Positions 62,210-64,000 of a stretch of DNA of 64,000 nucleotides are shown here, piece after piece. The notes under the pieces are model-generated. The model was not told the DNA's origin and ran no database searches. It saw only the letters and a list, made by a program, of their open reading frames with translations. This DNA is from an uncultured Chlamydiae bacterium (GTDB lineage Bacteria > Chlamydiota > Chlamydiia > Chlamydiales > JAJFMA01), in the NCBI GenBank assembly GCA_963713615.1, contig CAVQMM010000001.1, positions 2,336,001 through 2,400,000 of the forward strand, in the 5' to 3' direction. Positions within the stretch are counted from its first letter, which is position 1. The number at the start of each line of letters is the position of its first letter. Both the position numbers and the translations under genes were made by a program.

Positions 62210-62293
62210 GTTATTTTTTGTGGATCTGTGTGTTATTCGATGGTGTGTGTAGCACAAGACTTCTGCAAAAACCTTATAAACTCCATTCTATTC

Positions 62294-63772
62294 CTAGGGA
62301 ATGACTGCTGCGCACACCAATTCCAAGTCACTACCCTCGAGACGATAGCGCTCTCCTGTCACCGGACACTCGGCTTCACGATCATGCCCCTCAGGGAGGC
62401 TCGCAGGCAGCTCAAGACGTTCTCCATGACGGCTAACCCATCCTTCTTGACGAGCCGGGTTGCCATAAACCAAGGCATAGGACTTCACATCCTTTGTGAC
62501 GACCGTACCAGCCCCCACCAAACAATAAGCGCCTAGCTCAACTCCACAAACAATCGTCGCATTCGCCCCAACAGTAGCTCCTTGACGTAAAATCGTAGGA
62601 AGAAATTCGTCTTTGCGACTCACCGCACTTCTAGGATTCAAAATATTGGTGAAGACAGCGCTAGGACCGATGAAGACATCATCTTCACAAGATACACCCG
62701 TATACAAGCTGACGTTGTTCTGAACCTTTACATTGCGCCCCAAAGAGACTCCAGGAGATATCACAACATTCTGCCCTAAATTACAGCAAGGGCCCACACT
62801 AGCGCCCTTCATGATATGACTGAAATGCCACACCTTGGTGCCTGGTCCCACTTGAGCTCCTGCATCCACCACAGCGCTAGGGTGAATGAAACCCTCCTCA
62901 AAGCTAGGAGCATGCTCACGGCGTATAGGAAATTTGGAGGCTCCGTCGTCATCCATGCTTTGCTGCGCGGCCTCAAAAATGCGCTGTTCCACCAAGAGCT
63001 CTCTTTCGTCGTAGATGTGCTCGATGCGTTTTAAGGGCATCCTTTGACCTGTAGAGAGATCGATGTATCCCTCAACGATGGTTTGAGGGAATCCTACAGC
63101 CCGTCCATCCAGGCGTGGAGTAATGCAGGTAAACTTCTGGCAGGTCACGCCGGTGTAGTCTTCTTTGGCTGCTTCGCAGCCATCATCCGTAAGAATTTCG
63201 ACAAGAAGATGCTCTTCATTATAAGTGCGAAATTCTCTTTGGTAGATTTTAGAATGGTCTCCAGCAAGCCTAGAGGTTAGTAAGTTGGTTCCAGTGTTTG
63301 CGGATATAGTAAAATGACGGTAAATATCCCTGCTGATGTCTGCTCTACCAAACGTTAGCTTTCCCGTGGGACTCGTCAACCGTATCTTTGTTAGGAGGCT
63401 CAGAATGAAGTCGTCGTTGTACTGAAATATTCTCTGATTTCCGTCGGGTTGCAGTTCATTGTTCAGGTACCAATAGCAGTGTTCCTGTAATTGATGAGGC
63501 AACCACGTATAGATACACTGCATGCCTGAGCCAAAGAAGACCTGGCAGAGATCCCGATTGCGACATCTCCGCACGTTCGGTTGAGGGTTAAGACCGGAAA
63601 ATTACAGTTTTCGATTCTTAACATGATGGGCCCCTTGAATCCCATCGCTGGAGTAATTGGTTTGTCCATATTTGGTATAGATCGCTGGATCCACTGAGCT
63701 ACTTATTGAAGTATCTGAGGGACTGAAGAGAGCTAGATAGCGCATGGAAGCCATAGGCATCAACTTAAGCAA
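62294..63772 (-). pseudogene. Second, damaged copy of the Rhs::acetyltransferase fusion
   Basis: CAA>TAA at 63602-63604; in-frame 780-bp deletion at 63294/63295; acetyltransferase domain intact. Confidence 0.85.
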
Positions 63773-63796
63773 CTAACTGCACCCTCACAATCGTAT

Positions 63797-64000
63797 CTCG
63801 GCGCGCAGCGCTTTGGAGTGCGTGTCGCTCGCGACCGCTTTGGATTTGGGCGAAGTTGGCATTGCAAGAAACGTAACCCTTCTCTCTAGGGGTAACTGTG
63901 GGGGGGGGGCAGCCTCCGTAGAACGGTGCGCGATTCAATAGGCTCGCCCAAATCCAAAGCGGTCGCGAGCGACACGCACTCCAAAGCGCTGCGCGCCGAG
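63797..64000. repeat. Palindromic element A, uninterrupted copy
   Basis: Perfect 57-bp arms around a 90-bp core with a G run; outer repeat at 63752-63778. Confidence 0.93.

Noticed and set aside
35561..62536. Recurrent plus-strand ORFs (35561/45214, 49530/62204, 47564/60230 and similar)
   Set aside because: Antisense shadows that recur only because the underlying DNA is duplicated.
30000..64000. Type VI secretion cluster, diversity-generating retroelement or integron integrase
   Set aside because: No VgrG, PAAR, Hcp, reverse transcriptase or tyrosine recombinase motifs recognised in any ORF.
1..64000. tRNA or rRNA genes
   Set aside because: None recognised by eye; a covariance-model scan would be needed to exclude them.

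Overview
Bacterial chromosomal window, most likely from an environmental member of the Chlamydiota. This is inferred from the eukaryote-type UDP-GlcNAc pyrophosphorylase, the nth-mnmE-psd neighbourhood, ruvC-ruvA without ruvB, and Inc-like hydrophobic ORFs. Positions 1-26.2 kb hold housekeeping and LPS/glycan genes, with several long palindromic repeats between them. Positions 28.3-64 kb hold a rearranging Rhs/YD polymorphic-toxin locus: one intact signal-peptide-bearing Rhs (1839 aa), a frameshifted duplicate with a different toxin tip, and orphan core fragments. Five different toxin-tip/immunity pairs are visible, one of them missing from the ORF track. The locus also has two copies of an in-frame Rhs::WbpD-type acetyltransferase fusion. 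A ~200-bp palindrome with 57-bp arms is the insertion target of all three IS1634 copies at the same hexamer (CTCCAA/TTGGAG) and of one IS66, and it occurs in flipped configurations. A nested IS66-in-IS66 element interrupts an Rhs core. All family assignments come from motifs recognised by eye; no searches were run, and some single-base frameshifts may be sequencing errors.
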